Origin: Rickettsiales bacterium
Lineage (GTDB): Bacteria > Pseudomonadota > Alphaproteobacteria > Rickettsiales > UBA3002
DNA length: 64,000 nucleotides
Direction: 5' to 3'
Assembly: GCA_028281385.1 (NCBI GenBank)
Contig: JANQJY010000011.1
Coordinates: 3,937 to 67,936 of the forward strand
Below the pieces are notes generated by a model. The model was not told the origin of the DNA, searched no databases, and saw nothing but the letters and a program-made list of their open reading frames with translations. Shown in pieces: positions 26,306-34,516 of the stretch. A program made the translations under genes and the position numbers. The first letter of the stretch is position 1; each line of letters opens with the position of its first letter.

Positions 26306-26797
26306 CTATGACTGTTTGGTATGTTTCAGCAGCATATCGCGGGCGCGGTTGAGCTGGCCAGCAAAATAATCGGAGCCTCCCTGATCGGGATGGACCTTCC
26401 GCATCAGCTTTTTATGCGCTGCCTTGATGTCTTCTCTGGTCGCATGCTCGTCTACTCCGAGAATTTCCCGCGCTTCCTTGATGGTCATGGCGGGGGCAGA
26501 TGCGGTGGTACCGGCAGTACGTTTTCCACCATATCTGCTGCCCAGCCAGCGGGCGATGGGAAACCAGATCAGCAGGCGGTTAAGCAGGGCAGTCAATGCT
26601 AGAAAGCCGCTGAACAATGCAGCAATGGCAGGCAGTCCGACACGCAGTAAAATCAGAATAACGGCGATGACGCCAATAATTGCACCCCACTGCAGAAAAC
26701 GGCGGATACGTGACGGTTTGGCATTAAGGAACCATTGAAAAATAAAATGCAGGGCAATCACCACTGCGATGCCGGCTAAAAGATAAAAAAGACCCAT
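26306..26797 (-). CDS. membrane-anchored J-domain protein
   Basis: Three N-terminal hydrophobic helices, then a C-terminal J domain with HPD (ILGVDEHATREDIKAAHKKLMRKVHPDQGG). Confidence 0.8.
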   Translation of the reverse strand: MGLFYLLAGIAVVIALHFIFQWFLNAKPSRIRRFLQWGAIIGVIAVILILLRVGLPAIAALFSGFLALTALLNRLLIWFPIARWLGSRYGGKRTAGTTASAPAMTIKEAREILGVDEHATREDIKAAHKKLMRKVHPDQGGSDYFAGQLNRARDMLLKHTKQS

Positions 26798-26800
26798 CGC

Positions 26801-27841
26801 TTACGAGGCAACTTCCGCCAGCGGTTCCGACGATACCGTTTCCTTTTGTGAGGCAGGCTCAGAATAGGTTTCGGACGGAGGAACATTATCCTGTGTCTGC
26901 GATGGCGGTTTGCTGCGAGCGGCGACATGCTTCATTTCGCTCAGGCGTTGATCAATCTGCGGAATACGTAATATTCTGAGTAAATCCCGTACTTCCTGAC
27001 GAGCAGCAATATGTGACATGGAAATGCTTTTGTTGCTGCCATCATCTAATACATCCAGCACGGTTAACCCCTGCAGGAACATTTCACGGTAGATGACGCG
27101 CTCGCTAAAGCCGGGTGCCAGCCGGAAACCAATACGGCGGGATAATTCTTCCACCACTTTGTTCATATGACGTTTATTGCGTGCATCAAGACTGCTTAAG
27201 CGGTTGCGCATGACGATCCATTCAATTGATGTGCCGTCATCACGCTTCGCGCGTGCCAGCTTCTGCTCCCACACCATTTCGCTGTAAATGCTTGGGCGCT
27301 GAATTTTCATGGTAGTGCCGTCAACCAGGGCCAGCACGTCCAGATCAACGAAGCTGTCATTGATAGGCGTAATCACAGTATCGCTGATCGAATGCGCTAG
27401 GCGTGACAGATAGGTGTCATTACCCGGGCTGTCGATAATGACAAAATCACAATCATAAATGAGACGCTTTAAACCTTTCAGGAAACGCTCGCGTTCATCT
27501 TCTTCTGCATCTTCCCTTGTGTTAAACGGGCTTTTCTGAATAACGATATGATGCGGTGTTGGCAATTCTACATCCTGCTTGGCAGCCATATTGCGCCGGT
27601 TCTCGATATAACGGGAAAGCGAGCGCTGACGCGAATCAATATCCATACTGCCGACTTTGAAGCCAATACGAAGCAATGCCACGATCAGATGCATCGAAGT
27701 GGTGGTTTTCCCGCAGCCGCCTTTTTCATTGCCCAAAGTAATGATGTGCGCCTTGCGCTTGGGCTTTGGCGGTTCGGAATTATTATCGCGTGATAGTAAA
27801 CTCGCCTTTATCATATTCCACAGACACCATGTATTTTCCAC
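26801..27841 (-). CDS. mipZ: MipZ-type ParA-family ATPase (division-plane positioning)
   Basis: Deviant Walker A GNEKGGCGKTT followed by MDIDSRQRSLSRYIENRR, closely resembling Caulobacter MipZ. A Ser/Pro/Glu-rich C-terminal tail is present. ATG 27814 is an alternative start. Confidence 0.75.
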   Translation of the reverse strand: MENTWCLWNMIKASLLSRDNNSEPPKPKRKAHIITLGNEKGGCGKTTTSMHLIVALLRIGFKVGSMDIDSRQRSLSRYIENRRNMAAKQDVELPTPHHIVIQKSPFNTREDAEEDERERFLKGLKRLIYDCDFVIIDSPGNDTYLSRLAHSISDTVITPINDSFVDLDVLALVDGTTMKIQRPSIYSEMVWEQKLARAKRDDGTSIEWIVMRNRLSSLDARNKRHMNKVVEELSRRIGFRLAPGFSERVIYREMFLQGLTVLDVLDDGSNKSISMSHIAARQEVRDLLRILRIPQIDQRLSEMKHVAARSKPPSQTQDNVPPSETYSEPASQKETVSSEPLAEVAS

Positions 27842-27955
27842 GTAAACTAACGAAAAGATTAATATTTGTAAAGGATTCTATCAGGCTTTTGCAGAAGTTT
27901 CTTCGCAGTCGGGCCGGGATGGACTATAGAGAGAGAATCAAAAAGGAGCCAGTCT

Positions 27956-28465
27956 ATGTTGTTAGTGGTAGCACTCATCTTATCAGCGGCGATGTTGCTG
28001 GTCATTTATTATGACATGGTGCGCTTTATCATTCCCAACTGGTTGAACGGCCTACTGTTAGTGAGCTATCCGCTGTGGGTGGTGCTATCTCCGACTCCGA
28101 TAGACTGGCTGTCAGGGCTGTCTATGTTTGGGATTCTGTTTGCTGTCGGCTATGTGTTGTTCGCTCTCAACGCGATGGGAGGCGGGGACGTCAAGCTTCT
28201 GGCGATCTGCGGATTATTCACGGGCCTGAGTGAAGCCGGAGTGGCGCTGGTGGTCTATATGGCATTGCTCGGCGGAGTGTTGTCCATCCTGTTGATCGCG
28301 ATTCGCTATACGCTGCCGATGGTCTGGATGCGTCTGTGCCCCACCAGAAATACACCGAAATTACTGACCATGGGTGAGCCCATCCCTTACGGCATTGCCA
28401 TTGCCGGAGGGTTTCTGGCCGTGATCTGGAGTGGTCAATTGCCTGGACTGACGGCTATTTATTAG
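27956..28465 (+). CDS. CpaA/TadV-type prepilin peptidase (A24 family, no methyltransferase domain)
   Basis: 169 aa, polytopic. Catalytic Asp contexts YYDMVRFIIPN and GGGDVKLL. Confidence 0.8.
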   Translation: MLLVVALILSAAMLLVIYYDMVRFIIPNWLNGLLLVSYPLWVVLSPTPIDWLSGLSMFGILFAVGYVLFALNAMGGGDVKLLAICGLFTGLSEAGVALVVYMALLGGVLSILLIAIRYTLPMVWMRLCPTRNTPKLLTMGEPIPYGIAIAGGFLAVIWSGQLPGLTAIY

Positions 28466-29399
28466 ACTTTCTCAGATCGTTGCCTTTGGCGTCGCGATAG
28501 CCGGTCAGTGACACATCATCATGTTTTTCATGAGCAATATGCTCTCTTTCCTGCACTTTTCTGCCCAGCGTGACGATCAGCATATGGTTGAATTCGGCGC
28601 CATAGATGAAAATGATATTCATGATGAAAAAGAACAGCATGGTGGCGATAAACCCGCCGAGGCTGCCATAGATGATATTTACCTGATCGACATTGGTAAT
28701 ATAAAGCGTAAACAGCGAGGCACCGGCAACCCATAGCAGCACCGCCAGTGCCGCGCCGGGAATCACTGCCAGCAGACTCTGTTTGATGTTAGGCAGGAAA
28801 TAATAAAGATTGGCCACGCCGAGGAACAGAATGGCGCCGCCGAAATAGAGAAAATACTGATTCCACAGAATGCTGAATTCTTCTGAGATGGGCCGGCCGA
28901 TCATCGCTTCGGCATAAGAGGCGAGAATCGGCGACAGGACGATCATCGACATGGCGACGATGATGATAATAGTAAACAGGATCAGCTGCAGAATACTCAT
29001 CAGCCGCCGGAAAATATAGGTCGGCGGGTTGCTAACATTATAGGCCCGGTTGAGCACGGTGCGCATGCCTTCCACGGCGGAAGAAGACGTCCAGATGGCA
29101 CCGAGGATCGAGATGGTCAGCAGCCCTTGCGGCGGGCCGGAGGTAATTTCCATCACCCGCGGTTTGATGGCGGCGACCGCCTCCTGCGGCAGGTGGGTGA
29201 TGAGCAGTTCGATGAAGCGGGTGCCGAGTTCACCCTCGCCGATAAACCCGGCGGCGGCAACGATCAGCACCATGAAGGGAAACAGCGCCAGCAGGCTGAG
29301 GAAGGTCAGGTAGCCGGCCAGCTCAATCCCGTCATTTTCAACGAGGTTATCACCGGCTTTATAGACGATATAGAGACTTTTTTTCACAAACCCCAGCAT
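28455..29399 (-). CDS. YihY/BrkB-family membrane protein
   Basis: Opening ...GIELAGYLTFLSLLALFPF and six hydrophobic segments, typical of the family. ATG 29399 is preferred over 29444. Confidence 0.75.
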   Translation of the reverse strand: MLGFVKKSLYIVYKAGDNLVENDGIELAGYLTFLSLLALFPFMVLIVAAAGFIGEGELGTRFIELLITHLPQEAVAAIKPRVMEITSGPPQGLLTISILGAIWTSSSAVEGMRTVLNRAYNVSNPPTYIFRRLMSILQLILFTIIIIVAMSMIVLSPILASYAEAMIGRPISEEFSILWNQYFLYFGGAILFLGVANLYYFLPNIKQSLLAVIPGAALAVLLWVAGASLFTLYITNVDQVNIIYGSLGGFIATMLFFFIMNIIFIYGAEFNHMLIVTLGRKVQEREHIAHEKHDDVSLTGYRDAKGNDLRKSNK

Positions 29400-29524
29400 G
29401 CTGTTGTTGTGCCAGAAAAAACAATCGCTGTCCAGATAGCTCAAATACCCGCTGAAATTAACGCTATGTTTACAAAGCTATGTTATCATTATACAGTAGA
29501 AAAGTAGATAACGGAGAACAACCC

Positions 29525-30439
29525 ATGTCCATAAACACCATAGGTCACCCTCCCCCTGCTGAACGGGCATTCAGCCTGGTCGGATTAAGTATCGCCCCCG
29601 TCAAAAAAGCGACGTCATTCTCGGGCTTGACCCGAGAATCCAGGCGACATGGCAATAAGATCCTCGCGTCAAGCGCGAGGATGACGACATCAGGGTTTTC
29701 ACTCGTTGAACTATCCATCGTCCTGGTCATCCTTGGTCTGCTCACCGGCGGCATTCTCACCGGCCAGAACCTCATCCGCGCAGCGGAACTACGTTCTATA
29801 ACAACAGAATTTACGGCTTTTCAGACTGCTGTTAATACGTTCCGCGACAAATACTTCGCTTTGCCGGGGGATATGACGAATGCACAGGATTTTTGGGGAG
29901 TTGCCCATGCAACTATCAACACATGTAGAACAACTGTTGGAAGTGGCAAACAAACCTGTAATGGAAACGGGGATGGAAGAATTACTGATACAGTCGGGTA
30001 TGGGAATGAAGTTTTTAGATTCTGGCAGCATTTAACAAATGCTGGGTTGATTGAAGGACAATATACAGGTGTCCAAGGAACATCAAATACAGTTGATCAT
30101 GATACAGGCATTAATGCACCAGCATCAAAAGCAGATAACATGGCATGGGGCGTGATTTGGGGGAATGGTCTAGATGCTAGTTGGTTCTCAACAAAAGAGG
30201 GAAACCAACTGCTGCTAGGAACCGCAAGTGGAAGCTACCCTTTTGATGATGGTCCCAACACTGAGGAAATATGGTCTATTGATAAAAAAATTGATGATGG
30301 TAAACCCGGAACAGGAATACTTGTTGTAACTCCACACCCTAATTGCAGTACAGCAAGTAGCGAGACTGATTATGCAGCGGAATACAATTTTAGCTATACT
30401 TTAAACACCTGCACATTGGTTTTTCCTGCTGTCTTCTAA
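29525..30439 (+). CDS. type IV pilin-like / T2SS pseudopilin with an expanded chimeric leader
   Basis: GGAGAA RBS. Prepilin motif G-FSLVELSIVLVILGLLTGG at codons 57 onward. Upstream is a degenerate second copy, A-FSLVGLSI, plus a palindromic element, all in frame. The alternative start ATG 29681 gives MTTSG-FSLVE. Confidence 0.8.
   Translation: MSINTIGHPPPAERAFSLVGLSIAPVKKATSFSGLTRESRRHGNKILASSARMTTSGFSLVELSIVLVILGLLTGGILTGQNLIRAAELRSITTEFTAFQTAVNTFRDKYFALPGDMTNAQDFWGVAHATINTCRTTVGSGKQTCNGNGDGRITDTVGYGNEVFRFWQHLTNAGLIEGQYTGVQGTSNTVDHDTGINAPASKADNMAWGVIWGNGLDASWFSTKEGNQLLLGTASGSYPFDDGPNTEEIWSIDKKIDDGKPGTGILVVTPHPNCSTASSETDYAAEYNFSYTLNTCTLVFPAVF
29613..29686. mobile_element. MITE-like double-hairpin element (GTCAT...ATGAC family), copy 1
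   Basis: CGTCATTCTCGGGCTTGACCCGAGAATC ... GATCCTCGCGTCAAGCGCGAGGATGACG. The two arms are inverted near-copies, and each arm is itself a hairpin. Confidence 0.55.
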
Positions 30440-30682
30440 TGTTGATGCTTGATTGTTTTGCACTGCGGCGCGATAGCATTGCGATGCATTTCAATAATGT
30501 TTTCTATGACTTTTAGGCAGCCACTTCCAAATCATTACACACCGCTTCCAATATCGGTTTAATCTGTACCAGTTTCGTATAATGCTGCGTTCCAATGGTG
30601 TTCAGCATGTGCCGCCAACTCTACTTGCATCTGTCTGCCACTATGCTAGCTTGTGGGCATCAATTTACAGATGGAGGATGAG

Positions 30683-32296
30683 ATGACGGCGGCACCGAAA
30701 TTTGAGACGGAGAATGGATTAACGATCACGGCGGCATTATCGGATCAGGGTAAGGAGATTTTTACGCCCGAGGCGATGGCATTCGTGGGCGAGTTGGTAG
30801 AGAAATTTTCCGAACGGCGTGATGCCCTGCTGAAAGCGCGTGTGACGCGCCAGCAAAAGATCGAAGCCGGAGAAAAGCCCGACTTTCTGTCGGACACCAA
30901 GGCGATCCGCGAGGGTGAGTGGAAGGTCGCGCCGATTCCCGAGGATTTGCAGAACCGCCGTGTCGAGATTACCGGCCCGGCCGAGCCGAAGATGATCATC
31001 AATGCGCTTAATTCCGGCGCGAAGGTGTTCATGGCCGATATTGAGGATTCGCTTAGCCCGACCTGGGAAAAGGTGGTGGAATCGCAATGGGCGCTGCGCG
31101 AGGCGGCGCGTTATACGCTGTCCTACACCAGCCCGGAAGGCAAGGCATATAAGCTGAAGCCCAAAGACGAACTGGCGGTGTTGATTGTGCGGCCGCGCGG
31201 CTGGCATCTGGAGGAAAAACATGTGCTGTGGAACGGCAAACCAATTTCCGGATCGCTGCTCGATTTCGGCCTGTGTTTTTTCCATAATGCGAAGGAACAG
31301 CTGGCGCAGGGCACCGGCCCCTATTTCTATATTCCCAAGCTGGAGAGCTATCAGGAAGCCGAGCTGTGGAACAACGTGTTCGCCTATGCCGAAGAGCGGC
31401 TGGACGTGCCGCACGGCTCGATCAAGGCGACGGTGTTGATTGAAACCATCACCGCCGTGTTCGAGATGCATGAGATTCTGCATGCGCTGAAGGATTATAT
31501 TGCCGGGCTGAATTGCGGGCGCTGGGATTATATCTTCAGCTATATCAAGAAATTTCACAAGGACCCGGCCTTTGTCCTGCCCGAGCGTTCGCAGGTGACG
31601 ATGGGCGTGCATTTCCTCAAATCCTATTCCGAACTGCTGATTCAGACCTGCCATAAGCGCGGCGCTTTTGCCATGGGTGGTATGGCGGCGCAGATTCCGA
31701 TCAAGGGCGATGAAGAGGCGAATAACAAGGCGCTGGCGGCGGTGAAGGCCGATAAGGAGCGCGAAGCGTCAAACGGCCATGACGGTACCTGGGTAGCGCA
31801 TCCGGGGCTGATTCCGGTGGCGATGGAGGTGTTCGACCGCCTGATGCCGAATAAGAACCAGCTTGATAAAGCGCGTGAGGATGTGAAGGTGACGGCCGAT
31901 GATCTGCTCAAAGTGCCGGACGGGACCATTACCGAAGCCGGGGTGCGCAACAATATCAGCGTCGGCATTCAGTATATGGCGGCGTGGCTGTCGGGCAATG
32001 GCTGTGTGCCGATCAACAATCTGATGGAAGATGCGGCCACCGCCGAGATTGCACGCACCCAGCTGTGGCAGTGGGGGCATCATGACAATGTGACAATGGA
32101 TGATGGGCGCGAGATTACCCTGGCGCTGATTGCCGAATGGTTCCCCGAGGAGCTGGAGGCGATCAAGGCACAGCTGGGCGATGCGGTCTACGCTTCGGGT
32201 AATTTTCAGAAGGCGGCGGATCTGTTGCTGGAACTCATTAACGATACGACCTATTGCGAGTTTCTGACGCTGCCGGCTTATGAACGGCTTGCGTAA
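30683..32296 (+). CDS. aceB: malate synthase A
   Basis: GGAGGA RBS before ATG 30683. ~537 aa. Family strings GPYFYIPKLESYQEA, NCGRWDYIFSYIK and DGTWVAHPG. Confidence 0.9.
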   Translation: MTAAPKFETENGLTITAALSDQGKEIFTPEAMAFVGELVEKFSERRDALLKARVTRQQKIEAGEKPDFLSDTKAIREGEWKVAPIPEDLQNRRVEITGPAEPKMIINALNSGAKVFMADIEDSLSPTWEKVVESQWALREAARYTLSYTSPEGKAYKLKPKDELAVLIVRPRGWHLEEKHVLWNGKPISGSLLDFGLCFFHNAKEQLAQGTGPYFYIPKLESYQEAELWNNVFAYAEERLDVPHGSIKATVLIETITAVFEMHEILHALKDYIAGLNCGRWDYIFSYIKKFHKDPAFVLPERSQVTMGVHFLKSYSELLIQTCHKRGAFAMGGMAAQIPIKGDEEANNKALAAVKADKEREASNGHDGTWVAHPGLIPVAMEVFDRLMPNKNQLDKAREDVKVTADDLLKVPDGTITEAGVRNNISVGIQYMAAWLSGNGCVPINNLMEDAATAEIARTQLWQWGHHDNVTMDDGREITLALIAEWFPEELEAIKAQLGDAVYASGNFQKAADLLLELINDTTYCEFLTLPAYERLA

Positions 32297-32303
32297 ACCA
32301 TGT

Positions 32304-32407
32304 GTCATCGCGAGCGAACGGAGTGAGCGTGGCGATCTATTCTTTTCTATGTGCACGAAATGGATTGCTTCGTCCTGCTGCGCTACGCTCGCAGTCCTCG
32401 CAATGAC
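32304..32407. mobile_element. MITE-like palindromic element (GTCAT...ATGAC family), copy 2
   Basis: Terminal inverted repeats GTCATCGCGAG ... CTCGCAATGAC. Lies in the aceB-GNAT spacer. It accounts for the spurious CFVLLRYARSPRNDG N-terminal extension in the ORF track. Confidence 0.55.
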
Positions 32408-32419
32408 GGCAATACCGTA

Positions 32420-32908
32420 ATGTTGACCATACGCCGGATGGAGGCGGATGAGTTTTCACTCATCTGGCCGTTTTTTCAATGTATTGTCGCAGCAGGCGAC
32501 AGCTATGGCTATGATCCGAAGTTAACGCAGGAGCAGGCACGCGCTGTCTGGTGCGCGCCGGATCGTGTCTGTTATGTTGCGTCCAATGACAAGGAACAGG
32601 CGGTGGGCAGTTTTTATTTGCGTCCCAATCAGCAGGGACCGGGAGCGCATGTCGCCAATGGCGGAGTGATGGTCGACCCGGATTATGCCGGCAAGGGCTA
32701 TGGCACCGCGCTGGGCAGGGCTATGCTGGAAGAAGCCGGAAAGCTGGGTTACCAAGCGATACAATTCAACTTTGTCGCCGAAACCAACATCGCGTCGCTT
32801 GCCATTTGGAAAAAGCTGGGCTTTGCTGAAATCGGCCATGTGCCGGATGCCTTTCACCACCCGGCGGACGGGTATGTGGCGGTGAAGCTATTGTATAAAA
32901 GGCTTTAG
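32420..32908 (+). CDS. GNAT-family N-acetyltransferase
   Basis: Acetyl-CoA motif region VDPDYAGKGYGTALGRAMLEEA. ATG 32420 lies just after the palindromic element. Confidence 0.8.
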   Translation: MLTIRRMEADEFSLIWPFFQCIVAAGDSYGYDPKLTQEQARAVWCAPDRVCYVASNDKEQAVGSFYLRPNQQGPGAHVANGGVMVDPDYAGKGYGTALGRAMLEEAGKLGYQAIQFNFVAETNIASLAIWKKLGFAEIGHVPDAFHHPADGYVAVKLLYKRL

Positions 32909-32909
32909 G

Positions 32910-33887
32910 TTAGAGCGACTTGTCGTGATCCGGTGCGGGTAATAGCGGTTGTGGCTGGAATATGGAAGAAATCTGAGTATGCGGGTTTTCGGACACAAGC
33001 AGGTCGGTCAGTGCAGATGGTATATTGCTTTGTGGCAGGTAATCATGAGTCATCAGCAACTGGTCGCCTCGTGAAGTTGCATAGCTCCGTGCTGCATCGC
33101 CAAAAGCACCAAAGATTTTTGCACTGACATGGCTGGCGCCGAATTCCGGATGCCATTGCACACCCAGTGCAAAGGGGTGTTCTTTGTAAGGTCCCTCGTC
33201 TTTACAGGGCTCGATGGCTTCCGTATAGCCGTGCGTGTTAACTGCTCCGGCTTTGAACCCTTTGCGAATTTTGTCCACTGCTTGCCGATGGTAACTATTC
33301 TCCATCCATACCTCTTCCGGCAGCGCGTCATGATAGGGGACGGCAATATGCTTCGCACGGTCGAATATGGCTTTCAGGAGTGTTGATCGATTGTCTATGC
33401 GCAGAAATTCTATGGGGATATAGCCCGGCGTCGCCATTTTATCTTCTGTTGCCTGATTTATTTCGGCATCCGGAACGTGTTCTGTCATGGTGCCCCGTGA
33501 ATCAGGGTTAGCTGCTGCCAGGTTCATACGCTGCATGCCGCCGCAAATGCCAAGTAGCGGAATGTCATGCTCAAGTGCAGTTTCCACCAACGCATATTCG
33601 AAATCGACCCGAGCTGAGTTTTTCTCGATTCTCTCTTCGGGAATCGACTCTCCACCGTAGCGCTTCGGATCGATATCATAATCATTTCCGGTAATGACGA
33701 TACCGTGCAGGTGGTGGGAGAGATTCTCTAAGTTTGACGGGGACGGATCATGCGACAATAACATCGGCTCCATTCCGGCCATACGCAATGCCGCCATGGT
33801 ATGGGTGACGGACCGTGATTTTGCATCCTGTCCGGAGACGCCGATAATCGGGACGATTTGACCTTTCTGATCTTGCTCTGATGACAT
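32910..33887 (-). CDS. class I glutamine amidotransferase-like hydrolase (peptidase C26 / PuuD-like)
   Basis: Nucleophile elbow LLGICGGMQ and GVQWHPEF. Confidence 0.75.
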   Translation of the reverse strand: MSSEQDQKGQIVPIIGVSGQDAKSRSVTHTMAALRMAGMEPMLLSHDPSPSNLENLSHHLHGIVITGNDYDIDPKRYGGESIPEERIEKNSARVDFEYALVETALEHDIPLLGICGGMQRMNLAAANPDSRGTMTEHVPDAEINQATEDKMATPGYIPIEFLRIDNRSTLLKAIFDRAKHIAVPYHDALPEEVWMENSYHRQAVDKIRKGFKAGAVNTHGYTEAIEPCKDEGPYKEHPFALGVQWHPEFGASHVSAKIFGAFGDAARSYATSRGDQLLMTHDYLPQSNIPSALTDLLVSENPHTQISSIFQPQPLLPAPDHDKSL

Positions 33888-33973
33888 GTCATCCTCCTGA
33901 TATCAGTATAACGGCCGGAAACAGAGGGTTGGATGACAGTTTTATGACAATAAAAAGCGTGAAAAAACCTGCT

Positions 33974-34477
33974 TTATTCAAATATGCCAAGCGGATGATG
34001 ATAGTTGATCAGCAGGGTTTCGGCTCCCGGATTGCGATCACCGATGCTGGCGTTGGAGATATGATTGAAGGCAATACCGATACGGCTTTTCTGATAGAAT
34101 TCATAGGATAACTCAAGGCCGGAGCGGAATTCCAGACCATGGCCCAGATGTTTGCCGTTTCCGTGGCTGAAAGCACCGGCGACAATGTTGGGCGTAAAGA
34201 TGATGTTATCAGTCAGATAGAGATCCCAGAAGAATCCGCCATAGCCATAGACGGCAGAATCATCGGTGACATTAATGCCAACGCCGGGACGAATCGTGTG
34301 ATAAATATAGGGCCCACGATACTCCATCCCGACCTGTACCGCCGCATCATCGCTCTGGGTAATGTCGAAATAGCCGGCATAAGGGACTAGATAATCGGTG
34401 GCGTGAGCAGGTGAGGTGAAACCAAGTAGAGCCATCAGGGCAAACAGAAAGCGCATAATCATTCCTTTATTTATCAT
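33974..34477 (-). CDS. acyloxyacyl hydrolase, PagL-like lipid A deacylase family outer-membrane protein
   Basis: Signal peptide MRFLFALMALLGFTSPAHA (internal ATGs at 34462 and 34456 are likelier starts). Beta-barrel pattern and C-terminal NHISNAS His-Ser motif. Confidence 0.65.
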   Translation of the reverse strand: MINKGMIMRFLFALMALLGFTSPAHATDYLVPYAGYFDITQSDDAAVQVGMEYRGPYIYHTIRPGVGINVTDDSAVYGYGGFFWDLYLTDNIIFTPNIVAGAFSHGNGKHLGHGLEFRSGLELSYEFYQKSRIGIAFNHISNASIGDRNPGAETLLINYHHPLGIFE

Positions 34478-34516
34478 AGCGATTGCTTAAACATAGCTTC
34501 CGCTTATGGTTGCGTC

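Noticed and set aside
30440-30682. Possible glycine riboswitch upstream of malate synthase (as in some marine alphaproteobacteria), and an FMN riboswitch near the rib genes
   Set aside because: I could not find the conserved ACCGAAGG/GGAGAG cores of the glycine riboswitch or the FMN aptamer signatures. The rib genes are embedded in the nrdR operon and have no long leader.
30737-31654. 305-aa ORF on the minus strand, plus several shorter ones, across the malate synthase gene
   Set aside because: It lies entirely antisense to a confidently identified aceB. It is Arg/Gly/Leu/His-rich with no motif, which is typical of a shadow ORF in GC-richer coding DNA.
32351-32419. N-terminal extension of the GNAT ORF (MHEMDCFVLLRYARSPRNDGNTV)
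   Set aside because: It is a translation of the palindromic mini-element. The conserved GNAT fold starts at ATG 32420.
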